Assembly: GCA_963833985.1 (NCBI GenBank)
Contig: CAWIAD010000001.1
Span: 1,984,001 to 2,048,000, forward strand
DNA length: 64,000 bases
Direction: 5' to 3'
DNA from: an uncultured Planctomycetaceae bacterium
GTDB taxonomy: Bacteria > Planctomycetota > Planctomycetia > Isosphaerales > Isosphaeraceae
Every line of letters starts with the position of its first letter. Position 1 is the stretch's first letter. Shown here one piece after another: positions 43,101 through 59,119 of this stretch. The notes under the pieces are model-generated. The model did not search any database, had not been told where the DNA came from, and worked only from the letters and a program-made list of their open reading frames with translations. Made by a program: the position numbers and the translations under genes.

Positions 43101-43572
43101 CGTGCAGTCGCTCATCGGCATCATCTTCAGCGTTGGCATCAAGGTCGCGAACACCGTGCTGATGACCGACGTGGCCCAGGAACAGCGCAAGAAGGAAGGG
43201 CTCTCGCCCATCGAGGCCATTCGCAAGGCGGCCGAGATGCGGGTCCGCCCCATCACCATGACCGCGCTGGCGGCCTTCTTCGCGATGATCCCCACCGCGC
43301 TGGCGTTGGAGAAGGGGAGCGAAGCGAATGCACCGCTGGGCCGGGCCATCCTCGGCGGCCTGATCGCGGGCGAGCCGGCCACGCTCTTCGTCGTTCCCGC
43401 GCTCTACGCACTCATGATTCACGGGAACCCGTCAGAACCGCGTGACCCCGAGGAGGCGGAGAAAGAACTCGACCAGGCCGAAGGCGGAAACGGTGGAGGC
43501 GAGGGCGAGGGCGAGGGCGAGGGCGAGGAAGATGAGAACGGCGAGGAGAATGGCGGGCGGGAGCAGGAATAG
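40120..43572 (+). CDS. RND efflux transporter permease (AcrB/CusA family)
   Basis: IPIDILP, DQSVYV, INVMTLSGLALAIG.MVD, EFFPQAD, RVRPITMT, PLGRAILGG; acidic tail. Confidence 0.93.
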   Translation: MRGLIRASMMNPWAVTVFALAIVLLGGISVSLIPIDILPVFKSPAVQVMTFYSGMPPRNVERDITNRMERWTDMAAGLRRQESRSILGVSVVRDYFYENITEGEATSSVLSWAQSVLANLPPGTLPPVVMPFDPTSTTPAALVALNSPSADEKTLYDIGRYEVRNRIMTIRGALSPVVFGGKIRAVQVYMDRERMQARNMAPIDVLRAVEMSNIFLPTGELIVGDMDYFLDSNSMFETVPKMVEIPLRTEHGNRAFVGDVAEPTDDAMIQTTIVRVDGRKQVYIPVMRQKGASTLRVIDQLRAKLPEIESRLTRACRLEVIMDQSVYVRQAISSLATEGILGAGLCSLTILMFLGRWRMTAIAVMTIPLSVLSAIIFLNLSGQSINVMTLSGLALAIGPMVDSAIICLENTDRHLEQGLPPNVSALKGASEVALPELVSSLSTLLVLSPLAIMPGMSSFLFMPMTLSVAFAMTTAYILSRTLIPTCAAAWLKPKQEQEAQTGGRRGFIGRAFDRWQRLIDDWIKEYGKMLDWVLDHRWITVIVGYGLLALVLLGLTLPLRREFFPQADAGAFEIYVRAPSGTRLEVTNRRIAQVEDFIKQQIPPKDLKILVSEIGVTPDFSAAYTPNAGKMDTVVRVQLTEQREKGSYEYADQLRKAFPTQEQFHDLEFAFNAGGLIRGALNQGKTTPISIRVTGKKQEMAHKIADAVRRKVANIEGVVDCRILQRLDYPEYIIDVDRAKAADLGLTQEEVMKCVIAAFNSSIQYNKRNFWIDSVSGNQYFVGVQYPLASVHSVETLLDVPITGINQSKHDRRVVVEGPPGIVPGLERNADHGNPAPVLLSTLVKLRRSSIPTEIDHVDISPAIDLNVGVHGRDLGHVANDIYDAIDGHFGKLHPQESSRGGQDAGTRWDAFDPDSDGQQTLEGTEIELSGEYSGMMQTFQNLGIGLSLAVVIIYFMMVSLDKSFLVPLCVLIAVPLILIGVWPVLFLTGTSLNVQSLIGIIFSVGIKVANTVLMTDVAQEQRKKEGLSPIEAIRKAAEMRVRPITMTALAAFFAMIPTALALEKGSEANAPLGRAILGGLIAGEPATLFVVPALYALMIHGNPSEPRDPEEAEKELDQAEGGNGGGEGEGEGEGEEDENGEENGGREQE

Positions 43573-43658
43573 GGCACGCCCGACCCACCGGCCAGGACGC
43601 CGCCCTTTTTCCTTCAGTTCGGACGGAGAAGTGAGGTGCGGGGGACCCTTTCGCAGAG

Positions 43659-43901
43659 CTAACCCAGTACCGTTGAAATAGCGATCAGTTGAGTGCAGGC
43701 AGAAGTTTGTCCCTCGTTCCCACGCTCTGCGTGGGAATGCCGTCTGCGACGCTCCGCGTCGATTGGGCCCGGGCCGAGGCTGGGAAATCCATGGGACGCT
43801 GAGCGTCCCGACCGGTGTTCCCACGCAGAGCGTGGGAACAAGTTGTTCACAAATCTCTTGCCTCATTATTGTGAACACGATCTCAACGGTATTAGCGCTA
43901 G
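43659..43901. repeat. REP-like doublet (43713-43842) inside an about 30-bp imperfect inverted-repeat shell
   Basis: CTCGTTCCCACGCTCTGCGTGGGAA ... TTCCCACGCAGAGCGTGGGAACAAG; shell CTAACCCAGTACCGTTGAAATAGCGATCA versus reverse complement CTAGCGCTAATACCGTTGAGATCGTGTTCA. Confidence 0.75.
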
Positions 43902-45316
43902 CCCTTTCCCTTCGCCAGGATCTGGAGGATCTGCTCCACCTTCGATTCAAGGCTCTCCAGCCGCCGGATCACGCTGGCCGGATCAGAGTCCGTCGCCGGC
44001 TGGTTGAGGGCCCTCGATTCCTGGGCGATCCGGCGCTTCAGACGCGCGAGTTCAAGACGGCCTTCCTTGTACTCCTGGATCGCCTGCTCGGTTCCCATCT
44101 TGAGATCGTCAAGCCTCTTGCGGCTTTCCTCGGCGATCTTCTTTCGCTCCTCAGGTGTGACCTGGGGCATACCTCCACCCATACCTCCACCCATCCCTCC
44201 CCCTATTCCTCCATAAAAGGGCGTTTCCCACTGCCTGATCGCCTGGAGCTGACGCTGAACGGCTGCCTTGAGATCCGATGTTTTGATCTCCAGCAGCTCC
44301 GCTTCCACTCTGTGTGTTTCCAGCCGGTCAGCGAGTTGATCGACATCCACAAGTCCATTCTCGAACACCGCCCCCTTGGGCAGGTCATTGAGTGCCTTGT
44401 GAGCGGGATCCGCTGCTCGTTGGCGCTTTTCTCACCGGTCCGCGAAGCGCCATCATCGGCTGCCTTTTTCGCCGTCTGGCTGGCGATGGCGCAGGCCCGT
44501 TCCGGCTGCAAGAAGAACCAGGGCCGAGGCAGACAGCCCCATCAGCACCCATCTGAGCTTGTTCATGAACATGGTGAAGACAACTCCCTGTGCAAGATGG
44601 GAAAGGCGAAGTGAGACACCGTGATCGAGCAAGGCCGCGGTCGAGCGGAGCAGTGCATCGGGCAAGGATGACGGGCCGGAGCGCAGCCGTGCCAGCACGG
44701 AGGGCATGCCGGCGGTCAAGCTCGCCCCGCGCCGGTCCAGCCGGTCGCGAAGCTTGTCGCGGGCCCGGGCCAGCCGCCCGCGCACCGTGCCGATGGGCCA
44801 GCACAGCCGCGCCGCGGCGTCATCGTGCGTGAGTCCTTCGAGGTAGCACAGGACGATCGGCTGCCGGTACTTCTCGGGCAGGCGGTCAATCTCCTGGTGC
44901 AGCAGACAGAGTTCCTCCTGTTCCTGGATGGTGCTGGTGCTGGTGTCTTGCAGGGGATCCGCCAGCATGCGGACCGGCGCGGGCTTGCGGCGGATCGCTG
45001 CGGCGGTGCGGTACGCGACCCCGTACAGCCAGGACGCCAGGCTCCCCGGCCGCTTGATCGTTGCGGCCTTGCGCAGGAACACCAGGAAGGTCGCCTGGAA
45101 GGCGTCGTCCACGTCGTTCGGGTCGCTGAGCAACTGCCGGCAGACGGAGAGCACCAGCGGCCCGTGCCGCTCGAGGATAGCCTCGGCCACCGACCTTTCC
45201 GGGCAGTCCAGGAACCGCGCCAGCAATTGCTCGTCGCTCAGGCCGGTGAGCGTGCCGCATTGCATGAGCACGTCCAGGTCCCTGGCAATCTGCACGCCCC
45301 CGCGTCTTCGTAGCAT
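43898..45316 (-). CDS. ECF sigma factor with TM and long C-terminal extension; two frameshifts (about 44480 and 44380)
   Basis: [51 protein letters not shown]; extension spread over ORFs 44203..44511 and 43898..44368. Confidence 0.85.
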
Positions 45317-45624
45317 GATGCCCCCTCCGCGTCCCGTTTCCCCATTAGTGCCATGTCCGGGCAAAGCGATACAGAAATCTTTTTTTCACGGACCCTGTGA
45401 CCTGGCGTTGCGAGGCGGTCGAGCCCATCACGACACAGCCATGCAGTCAGGCATAACACCATAATTGGTACTGTGGCTGCGGTTTAAGTCGAGATGGCCC
45501 CGGAAAAAAAATGCGCATTTTGGGTAGAAGTGGCTTGACTGGTCACGGTGCAAGCCCTTTACTATTATGAAATCTGATAACTGTTCGTGCGCAGTATCGA
45601 AGAACTACGAATCGGTAGAGATTA

Positions 45625-46579
45625 ATGCAGCTCGAGTCGCTGAAGATATTCTGTGACGTGGTGCGCTGGGCGAGTTTCTCGCGCGGGGCGGCGGAGAACA
45701 ACATCTCCCAATCCTCGGCGAGCCAGGCGGTGCATCAGCTTGAGCTGCGGCTGGGGGTGAAGCTGATTGACCGTTCCAAGCGCCCGCTGGTTCTGACCGG
45801 TCAAGGCAAGGTGTATTACGAAGGCTGCAAGGAGCTGGTCGGGCGTTACATCGAGCTGGAAAACCGCGTGAAAACGTTGGTTGGTGAGCACAAGGTGGTT
45901 GGAACGGTGGGTGTGGCCTCGATCTACTCCGTCGGCATGCACCACATGAGCCAGTACGTCCGGACCTTCGAGGAGAGGTTTCCGGAGGCGAGCGTGCGGC
46001 TGGAGTACTTGCATCCCACGCGCGTGGTCGAGCGCGTGGCGGGCGGAGGGGCCGACCTCGGGCTCATCTCCTACCCGCGGAAGTGGCCGGAGCTGGCGGT
46101 GATTCCCTGGCGTGACGAGGTGATGAGCCTGGCCGTCCACCCCTCGCACCGGTTCGCCGCGCTGGACGCGGTCGATATCCGCGAGCTGGATGGCGAGCCG
46201 TTCGTCGCCTTCGACGGCGAGCTCTCGATCCGCCGCGCCATTGATCGCTCGCTCCGCCACCATGACGTGAACGTTGAAGTCGTGCTCGAATTTGACAATA
46301 TCGAGAACATCAAGCGGGCGGTGGAGATCCCCGCCGGAGTCTCGATCTTGCCCGAGCCTTCCCTGGCCCGCGAGGTGCGCGCGGGCACGCTGGTGGCCGT
46401 TCGAAATCCAGGGGCAGGACCCGAAGTACCAGCTCAATCGCCCGCTGGCGATCATCCACCGCCGCAACGACAACCTCGACGTGACCGCCGCGAGGTTCCT
46501 GGAACTGCTGACCGGTTCCAACCTGGCGGGCTCGGAAGCCGAGGCGGAGCGCCGGTTGCCGGCGGCCCTGCCTCACTGA
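45625..46579 (+). CDS. LysR-family regulator upstream of gltBD; frameshift near 46405
   Basis: SFSRGAAENNISQSSASQAVHQLELRLGVKLIDRS HTH; EFDNIENIKRAVE; C-terminus LNRPLAIIHRR in the alternative frame. Confidence 0.88.
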
Positions 46580-46864
46580 TCCGCGGCCGTCGGGCGTTGC
46601 TCTCTCCCGCCCGGCAGCGGGATCCGCTGACTCGGCACCCGGCCTGGCGGCCGGGTCCGCCAAGACGCCGGCCGGTCCTCGCGAGGCGGGCTGGTCCACC
46701 GGACCGCACGGACCCGACGGCCTCATCCCTGCAACCTGCTCTGCCAGTCATTCCCTGGGTCGGGGAGACCGGCGGCACCATCCGTGATGAATTGCGCAAT
46801 TGTGATGGCCATTCTTTTCTTGTGACAGCCCGCTAGCACGAAGTGTCGTGGAAGGACGCCGATC

Positions 46865-51434
<4,570 letters not shown>

Positions 51435-51442
<8 letters not shown>

Positions 51443-52904
51443 GCCAACCGGATTTATCGAGATTCCACGCGAGCTGCCGAACCGCCGGCCCGTCGAGGAG
51501 CGGGTGCGCGACTACTTCGAGGTCTACCATCCCTTCCCCGAGGACAAGCTCCAGGCGCAAGGCGCGCGTTGCATGGACTGCGGCATCCCCTTCTGCCACC
51601 AGGGCTGCCCGCTGGGGAACCTCATCCCCGACTGGAACGACCTCGTCTACCGCGCGCAGTGGCGGCTGGCCATCGACCGTCTGCACGCCACGAACAACTT
51701 CCCCGAGTTCACCGGCAAGCTCTGCCCCGCCCCGTGCGAAGCCTCGTGCGTGCTGGGAATCAACAACGACCCGGTGACCATCAAGCAGATCGAGGCCAGC
51801 ATCATCGAGCGCGCCTGGGACGAGGGCTGGGTGCTGCCCCAGCCGCCCGCGGTGCGCACCGGCAAGACCGTCGCCGTGGTGGGCTCGGGCCCGGCCGGCC
51901 TCGCCTGTGCCCAGCAACTGGCACGGGCCGGACACGCGGTCACCGTGTTCGAACGCGCCGACCGCATCGGCGGCCTGCTGCGCTACGGGATCCCGGACTT
52001 CAAGATGGAGAAGCGGCATCTCGACCGGCGTCTTCACCAGATGGAAGCCGAGGGGGTGGTCTTCGAGGCCGGCGTGAACATTGGTGTGGATGTCACCGCC
52101 GAGCGGCTGCTGGACCAGTTCGATGCCGTCTGCCTGTGCGGAGGCGCCACCCAGTATCGCGACCTGCCCATCGAGGGCCGCGAGCTGGCAGGCATCTACC
52201 CGGCCATGCAGTTCCTGACCATGCAGAACCGCCGCGTGGCCGGCGATTCCTGCAACGGCGAGTTCATCTCCGCGGCCGACAAGCACGTGATCATCATCGG
52301 CGGCGGCGACACCGGTGCGGACTGCCTGGGCACCGTCCATCGCCACGGCTGCAAGAGCGTGCACCAGTTCGAGATCGTCCCCCGGCCGCCCGACCTGCGG
52401 GCGCCGGTCAATCCCTGGCCGCAATGGTCGAACGTCTTCCGCGTCTCCTCCGCGCACGAGGAAGGCGGCGTCCGCGAGTACTCCATCAACACCCGCCGCT
52501 TCGTCGGCCAGCAGGGCCACGTGCAGGCCCTGGAGACCGTCCAGGTGGAGATGAAGGTTGAGGGCGGCCGCGCCCGCTTCGCCGAGGTCCCGGGCTCCGA
52601 AAAGACCTACGCCGCCGACCTGGTCCTGCTCGCCATGGGATTCGTCGGCCCCGAGAAGAAGGGCATGCTCGAGCAGTTCGGCGTGGACCTTGATGCGGCC
52701 GGCAACGTCAAGGCTGACGCGGACAAGCGCACCAGCGTGGACAAGGTCTTCACGGCCGGCGACATGACCCGCGGCCAGAGCCTCATCGTCTGGGCCATCG
52801 CCGAGGGCCGCCACGCCGCGCGCTCGATCGACGAGTTCCTCATGGGCAGCTCCCAGCTTCCCGCACCACTCCAGTACGGCAACCAGGGCCGGCCGTTCGT
52901 CTAG
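51435..52904 (+). CDS. gltD: Glutamate synthase small subunit
   Basis: [53 protein letters not shown]. Confidence 0.97.
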
Positions 52905-53048
52905 AGCGGTTTTCTGACGCGTTGCGGGCAGTTTCTGTGTTTCGGAAAGGGGGGCAGACATTCCTGTCTGCCAGGACAGGCCTGCTCCGGCAGGCAGGAA
53001 TGCCTGCCCCCCGGTCTCAGTCTGCGATCCGAGTGAAAACCGCTCGAA
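52901..53048. repeat. MITE-like element starting at the gltD stop, containing a REP doublet (52949-53012)
   Basis: CTAGAGCGGTTTTC ... GAAAACCGCTC inverted ends; internal GGGGCAGACATTCCTGTCTGCC / GGCAGGCAGGAATGCCTGCCCC. Confidence 0.75.
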
Positions 53049-53053
53049 ACCAG

Positions 53054-53313
53054 GCAGGTCCGCGGAAGTCCTTGGACAGGATTGCCGTTCGCTTGCCCGG
53101 GGCTGAGAGCCCTGCCTGGCCGCTCTCCTGGCGGGGTACGATTCCCATCGTGCCATTCGATTCTCGTGGGGTACGATTCCGATCGTGCCATTCCTGGTCC
53201 ATCAGATAGAAAAAGTGACGCGAATGGTATCGTGTCCCACGAAGAGCGGCCTCCCGGTCATCCAGGATCGCATCAACCTTATGAATGCCTGTCAAATAAT
53301 GATTGCGAACCTG
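53054..53313. repeat. Uninterrupted copy of the family A element (inverted ends plus three REP units)
   Basis: Colinear with 11960-12096 joined to 16106-16233; ends CAGGTCCGC...GACAGG / CCTGTC...GCGAACCTG. Confidence 0.88.
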
Positions 53314-53436
53314 TTCAGGATCCCCGTTTCGTTCCCGGCGGTATAATAGATTCGTGGGAGACAGCAGATCGTGGAACCGCCGGGTGCCGCGTATCGCCGC
53401 GAGTTCCGGCTGCTAACCTGGGCGGAGGGTGAACCG

Positions 53437-54694
53437 ATGGCTCGCTGGAACCCGAGGATCGGGCGATTCCACCTGCGTATCGCGGGGCTCGCTGTGCTGG
53501 CCGGCCTGGCGGGCACACACCCGTCTTCGGCCCAGCCGCCCGCGACGGAATACCAGGCACTGTTCCGCGATCCGTCCGTGACAACCAATATCACGCTGGC
53601 GGACCTGCCCAACCTCGGGCGGCTGGTCTCCCTCGAAGCAACGTCGATGTACCTGTACGCGCGCTCCGACCTGATGGACAGCCCCCGGTCGTACCTGCTG
53701 CTGAACGCGATCATGCGGCTCTGGAACGCGGCCGACGCCTTCACCGCGGCCGCGGGTTACTATCCCATGGAATATCAACGCATCAGCGCCGCCCTGCTTG
53801 TCTACCCTGACCTGGAGCTGGCTTACTACCAGGTCAGGAACCAGCTCGTGCGGCTGCCGGCCGCCTCCTCGCGCGCCCTGGTGAGCTTCGAGGACATGAG
53901 CCGCGTGATGGCCGTGATTCGCCCCTTGCTGGAGATGGCCTCGCTTCTTACCCCGGCGGGAGCGGGGACCGCGGTGCCCGCAACCCCCACCCTGGCGGAC
54001 CAGGCCCGCTCCCTTTCCAGCAGCATCGCGCCGATCACAACCGCCGTTGCGTCGGCGACACAAAGCCGACAGGACCTCGGGGCATTCGTGCGGCAGGTGG
54101 ACGTGCTCCAGAAGTTGATCCAGGGCTTCGAGCGGATCTCCAGCGACCCGGCCACCGAGCGGGAACTGGTGCTCGCCTTCCGCCCGATCCGCGACCTGGC
54201 CCAGAGCCTCAACCGCGCTGGGCCGCGGCAGGCTCGGCGGTGATGTGCTCCGGCTCTGGCGGTCGGCCCAGGATCAGATCGACGCCCTCGAGGTCGAGTT
54301 CCAGATTCCCCGCGAGCTCGTGCCGCGGCCCGCAACGCCGGCGAAGGAAATCGATCCAGCAGCCGTCGCCGCGTTCGATGCGCCCGTCCGCTCCCTCGAC
54401 ACCCTGGTGGATCGGATCGCCGCGGAGAACCCCCGGCTGCCCCAGCGCGAGCGCACGGCCGCCGACGCGCGCAGGCTCACCACCCGCCTGCTGCTTGTGC
54501 GGCAGCTCCTGCTCGGCAAGGCACCACTCGCGGAGCTGGCAAGTGCCCTGGCCGACGCCGCGATCACCTGGCGACAGCTCGAGAACCGGCTCGTCCACGC
54601 GGCCCGCACCGATCGCCAGGCGCTGGAGACGCTAAGGCAAGAAGTGGGGGCGGTCCTCGAGGCGTCCCGCAAGCCTCTCACCGGCCGGCACTGA
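53437..54694 (+). CDS. Secreted helical hypothetical protein; frameshift near 54240
   Basis: GGAGGG RBS, signal peptide; abutting ORFs 53371..54243 and 54245..54694 of similar composition. Confidence 0.6.
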
Positions 54695-55681
54695 GGTTTC
54701 TCGACTCTCGGCAGCGCACAGGACGAAGAGCTGGCTCATCGCCGCGGGGTCGTCGGTGAACACGCCGGCAACCCCCAGCTCCGCTAGGTGCTCGGCAACG
54801 CCTCCCCGGCGCGTGTCGTTGACGGTGTAGACGAGCACGGGGATCCCCATCGACTGGATCGCCCGGAGGTCACTCACCCAGAGCGACTGCGGCCCGGGGT
54901 TGCGGCGATAGGCGATCGATTCCGCACCCAGGCAGGCCGCGGACAGGTGCAGCGTCTGGCCGCCGATGATCGAACCGAGATAGACTTCCGGGCGGTGCAG
55001 GGGGGTTGCGATGAGTATTCCGCGGGCGACGTCGCGCAGGGAACCCGGCGCTGCGGCGATGGCAGCCGGCACACGGGCGATCTGCCGGTGATCGAACCCC
55101 GAAAGCAAGACGCGCCGGGCTGTCCCCGTCCGGGCGATCACCTCCAGGACCGACTCCATCAGTCCCGAAGGATGCTCCGGAAACGACTTGATCTCCACGT
55201 TCACCAGCCAGTCCAGCCGGGCAGTCAGCGCGAGGGCCTCCTCAAGGGTCGGCACGCGGATCGGCCCGGAGGCACAGGGGGTCAGGTCGCTTGCGGCCGT
55301 GAACCAAGAACCGGCGTCGAGCGTGGCGATCTCGGTCCAGTCGAAATCGGCCAGCAGAAAGCCGCTGCGCTGCCTGGGGTCGCCGGCGAAACGGGCGGCC
55401 GCATCCGTCGTACGAACCAGGGTCTCGTCGTGGAAGACGACCGCGACGCCGTCACGCGAAAGCTGAACGTCCAGCTCCCAGGCCCGGGCGCCGGCGCGGT
55501 AGGCCAGGATGGCCGCTTCGAGCGTATTCTCAGGGGCATGAGCCGAGGCCCCGCGATGCGCGATCACCACCGGCTGTCTCTGCGGGCCGCTCAAAAGTCC
55601 AAGAAAATCGTTGGTCACCTTGGACACTCCGAGAGATCGAGCCGGGACACGGGCGATCCGCGGAGCCAGATTCTGGCTCAT
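54632..55681 (-). CDS. Glycerophosphodiester phosphodiesterase
   Basis: IAHRGASAHAPENTL, ELDVQLSRDG.AVVFHD, NVEIK, YTVN, GVFTDDP; start uncertain. Confidence 0.9.
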   Translation of the reverse strand: MSQNLAPRIARVPARSLGVSKVTNDFLGLLSGPQRQPVVIAHRGASAHAPENTLEAAILAYRAGARAWELDVQLSRDGVAVVFHDETLVRTTDAAARFAGDPRQRSGFLLADFDWTEIATLDAGSWFTAASDLTPCASGPIRVPTLEEALALTARLDWLVNVEIKSFPEHPSGLMESVLEVIARTGTARRVLLSGFDHRQIARVPAAIAAAPGSLRDVARGILIATPLHRPEVYLGSIIGGQTLHLSAACLGAESIAYRRNPGPQSLWVSDLRAIQSMGIPVLVYTVNDTRRGGVAEHLAELGVAGVFTDDPAAMSQLFVLCAAESRETSVPAGERLAGRLEDRPHFLP

Positions 55682-55947
55682 TGATGGCATTCGGCTATCG
55701 ACAATCAAGCGAGTGATCCATCGGCAGCGAGGCCACGGCTCGTCCTGGCATACTTGTTGCCAGATGGTGCGTGCGTCGTGTGAGCCTCTCCTCCTCTGGC
55801 GGTGCGTTGCAGCCCCCCTGACAAAGCTGTAAGTGTCTGCGATACCACGTTTTGTGCTTTTGAACGTGGAAACCTTCAAAAGACAGCCCGAGGGCGAGGA
55901 GTCCGTTGTACCACCAGATGATGCCTCTTTGTTAGAAGGACGTGCCC

Positions 55948-57343
55948 ATGAAGCGCGCAGTGACACCGTTTCTGCTACTGGTTGGGTTGGCCGTTCTGGC
56001 CATGGTCGCGCGACCCGCGCCTCACCCATTGCCGCCAGGGGATGCCATCGAGCTCCGGGGACGTCGCATGGATGCTCACAGCCTCGGGGCTGGTCCTGCT
56101 CATGACGCCCGGGCTCTCATTCTTCTATGGAGGAATGGTCGGCTTCAAGAACGTGGTCTCGACGATGCTGCAAAGCGTGATCGCGCTGGGTGTCATCAGC
56201 TTGCTCTGGGTGTTCGTCGGGTTCGGGCTGGCCTTTGGCGAGGACCTTGGCGGTTGGGGACTCATCGGCAATCCCCTGTCGTTCTTCATGTTTGATAACG
56301 TGAGCGACGCCCCGGTGACGCTGGGAACCGGCGAGGCCGCCCTCAAGCTGACGGTTCCGCTCCTCGTCTTCTCGATGTTCCAGCTCAAGTTCGCGATCAT
56401 CACACCGGCGCTCATCACCGGCTCGTTTGCCGAGCGCGTGCGGTTCTCGGCCTATCTGCTGTTCATGGTGCTCTTCAGCCTGTTTATCTATTGCCCCCTG
56501 GCGCACTGGACCTGGCATCCCCAGGGCATCTTCTTCAAGTGGGGCGTGAAGGACTTTGCCGGCGGGACCGTGGTGCACATGTCGGCGGGTTTTGCGGCGC
56601 TGGCGGGAGCCATCATCCTCGGCCGGCGCCAGAGCCACATCGCCAAAGAAGCGCACGAGGCCTACAACGTGCCCTACGTGCTGCTGGGCACGGGCATGCT
56701 CTGGTTCGGCTGGTTCGGCTTCAACGCCGGCTCGGCGGGCGCCGCCAACGGGTCGGCCGCGCTGGCATTCGCCACCACGAACACGGCCTCGGCCTGTGCC
56801 ATGCTGGGCTGGATGTTCTTCGACTGGATGCGCAGGCGCAAGCCGTCGGCGATGGGCGCCTGCATCGGCGCGGTGGTCGGGCTGGTGGCCATCACGCCGG
56901 CCGCCGGGTTCGTGACGGTGCGCGACAGCATCGTGATCGGCCTGGCCGCCAGCATCATCAGCAACATGGCCGTGCACTACAAGAACAAGTCCACGCTCGA
57001 CGACACGCTCGACGTCTTCCCCTGCCATGGCGTCGGCGGCATCGTCGGCATGATCTGCACGGGCATCTTCGCCAAGGACGTCGGCCTGGTCTACGGTGAG
57101 ACCAGGACGTTCCTCTACCACCTGCTGGCCCTTGGCATCGTGACCGTCTTCGCCTTCGGCGGCTCGCTGCTGCTCTACAAGATCACGGATCTGATCATCC
57201 CCCTGCGGGTGGACGAGAGCCAGGAGCACGAGGGCCTGGACCTCAGCCAGCACGGCGAGACCGCCCTTGCCGTCACGACCCTCAATGGCAACGGCCACAA
57301 GAATGGCATGGCCAGCGAGCCCCTCGTGGGCGTGACTGCCTGA
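55948..57343 (+). CDS. amtB: Ammonium transporter; frameshift after the signal peptide (about 56020-56040)
   Basis: GDVAWML..GLVLLMTPGL, FQLKFAIIT, DFAGGTVVH, WFGWFGFN, DDTLDVFPCHG, GLDLSQHGE. Confidence 0.93.
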
Positions 57344-57658
57344 GCCAAAGGCCGACAAACGACCCGCTCGGATCAACCACCCCGGGTCTCTCTGCGAGGC
57401 GACGCGCGGCTCAGGCGCGTCGCCTCCTCGCTTTTTCGAAACCGCGGAACGCGCGCCGGAGCAGCCGCCGACAGGGCCCAATCCACTGGACAGCACCCTC
57501 CCGCGGCGGTTACGTTTTTTTCTGTGGAGTCGCAGGGAGCGCGAGGCTCCTGCGGGCCCAACACCAGGGGGCAAGGCGGCAGCCTCGCCCGCCGAGTAGG
57601 AATTCTGCCGGCGTTTACGGGGAATCGGGGCCGCACGTCGCTCGCCAGAGGAAAACTT

Positions 57659-58531
57659 GTGACTGACTTTGATTATGCATCACCGCAGTCGCTGGCAGAG
57701 GCCACGGCGCTGCTGGCCGGCTGCAAGGGCCAGGCGCGGGTGCTGGCCGGTGGAACCGATCTGATCGTCCAGCTGCGCGAGCATCTGCGCGCTGCCGACC
57801 TGGTCGTGAACCTCAAGCAGATTCCCGAACTGATGGAGCTTTCCTTCAGCGGTGCGGCGGGCCTGCGCCTGGGAGCGGCAGTGCCCTGCTATCGCATTTA
57901 CGAGCATCCGCAGATCCCGCTGGCCTATCCGGCCCTGGCCGACGCGGCACGGATCGTCGGTGGCTGGCAGATCCAGAGCCGCGCGAGCGTCGGCGGCAAC
58001 CTCTGTAACTCATCGCCGGCCGCCGACACAGTCCCCGCCCTCATCGCCCTCTCGGCGCAGTGCCTGATCGCCGGCCCGGAAGGCCACCGGCAAGTCCCCG
58101 TGGAATCGTTCTGCACGGCCCCGGGCAAGAACGTCCTCCAGCGCGGCGAGATCCTCACCACGATTCTTTTGCCGCCCGCCGCGGCCGGCACGGGTTCGGC
58201 CTACCAGCGCTTCATCCTGCGCAACGAGATGGACATCGCGGTGGCCGGGGCCGCCTCCTGGGTCAAGCTGGCTGACGACGGCAAGACCATTGCCCAGGCA
58301 CGAATCGGGCTGGCGGCTGTGGCCCCCACGCCGCTCGTCGCGGCCGAAGCGATGGCGTTCCTTGCCGGTAAGCCCGCTTCCGAGGCCAACTTCGTGGAGG
58401 CGGGCCGGCTCGCCAGCGCCAGCGCCGCTCCGATCTCGGACATGCGGGGCACGGCCGAGTTCCGCGTTCACCTCGTCGGCGTGCTCACGCGGCGGACCCT
58501 GGCAAAAGCCCTCGAACGCGCCCGGCTCTGA
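57659..58531 (+). CDS. Xanthine dehydrogenase family FAD-binding subunit (CoxM-like)
   Basis: LAGGTDL, QIQSRASVGGNLCNSSPAADT, PISDMRGTAEFR. Confidence 0.92.
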   Translation: MTDFDYASPQSLAEATALLAGCKGQARVLAGGTDLIVQLREHLRAADLVVNLKQIPELMELSFSGAAGLRLGAAVPCYRIYEHPQIPLAYPALADAARIVGGWQIQSRASVGGNLCNSSPAADTVPALIALSAQCLIAGPEGHRQVPVESFCTAPGKNVLQRGEILTTILLPPAAAGTGSAYQRFILRNEMDIAVAGAASWVKLADDGKTIAQARIGLAAVAPTPLVAAEAMAFLAGKPASEANFVEAGRLASASAAPISDMRGTAEFRVHLVGVLTRRTLAKALERARL

Positions 58532-58609
58532 CCTGACCGTTCCACCACGCCGATCGAACCGCGAAACCTGACTCCCACTGTGGCCCTAGCCCTTCAAGGA
58601 ATACTCGCT

Positions 58610-59119
58610 GTGTCCAAAAAGTTACACGTGACCTCCGTGGTGAACCGGGAGCCTGTCGAGTTCCTCTGCGAACCCAGGCAGAGCCTGCTGGAGGTGCTCC
58701 GCGACACCCTCCATCTGACCGGGTCCAAGGAGGGCTGCAACAACGGCAACTGCGGCGCCTGCACGGTGCTGCTGGACGGCCTGCCGGTGAACAGTTGCCT
58801 GGTGCTGGCCGTGGAAGCCGAGGGAGCCGAGATCGAGACCATCGAAGGGCTTGCCCGCCTGGGCCACCTGCATCCCGTCCAGAAGTGCTTTCTCGAGGGC
58901 GCAGCACTCCAGTGCGGCGTGTGCACTCCCGGGTTCCTGGTCGCCGCCAAGGCGCTCCTGGATCGCCACCCGAACCCGACCGAACAGGAAATCCGCTTCA
59001 ACCTGGCAAACAATCTCTGCCGTTGCACCGGCTATGACAAGATCGTCCATGCCGTGCAGGCGGCCGCGGCCGAGCTGCGCTGCACAACCCTGACAAGGCA
59101 ATCGACAGAGGCACATCCC
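58610..59119 (+). CDS. Xanthine dehydrogenase family 2Fe-2S subunit (CoxS-like); reads in frame into the large subunit
   Basis: GSKEGCNNGNCGACTV, QCGVCTPG, NLCRCTGY. Confidence 0.9.

Noticed and set aside
43495..43530. GAGGGC tandem repeat (also CCTCCACCCATA repeats at 44168-44200)
   Set aside because: They encode low-complexity EG and GGGM protein tails; no sign of a phase-variable locus.
53125..53245. CRISPR-like short repeats
   Set aside because: Only 2-3 palindromic units, in mixed orientation with short irregular spacing and no cas genes; they fit REPs.
55800..55945. Glutamine riboswitch upstream of amt
   Set aside because: Only a simple inverted repeat is visible; I could not match the glnA-motif consensus by eye. 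An Rfam scan would decide.
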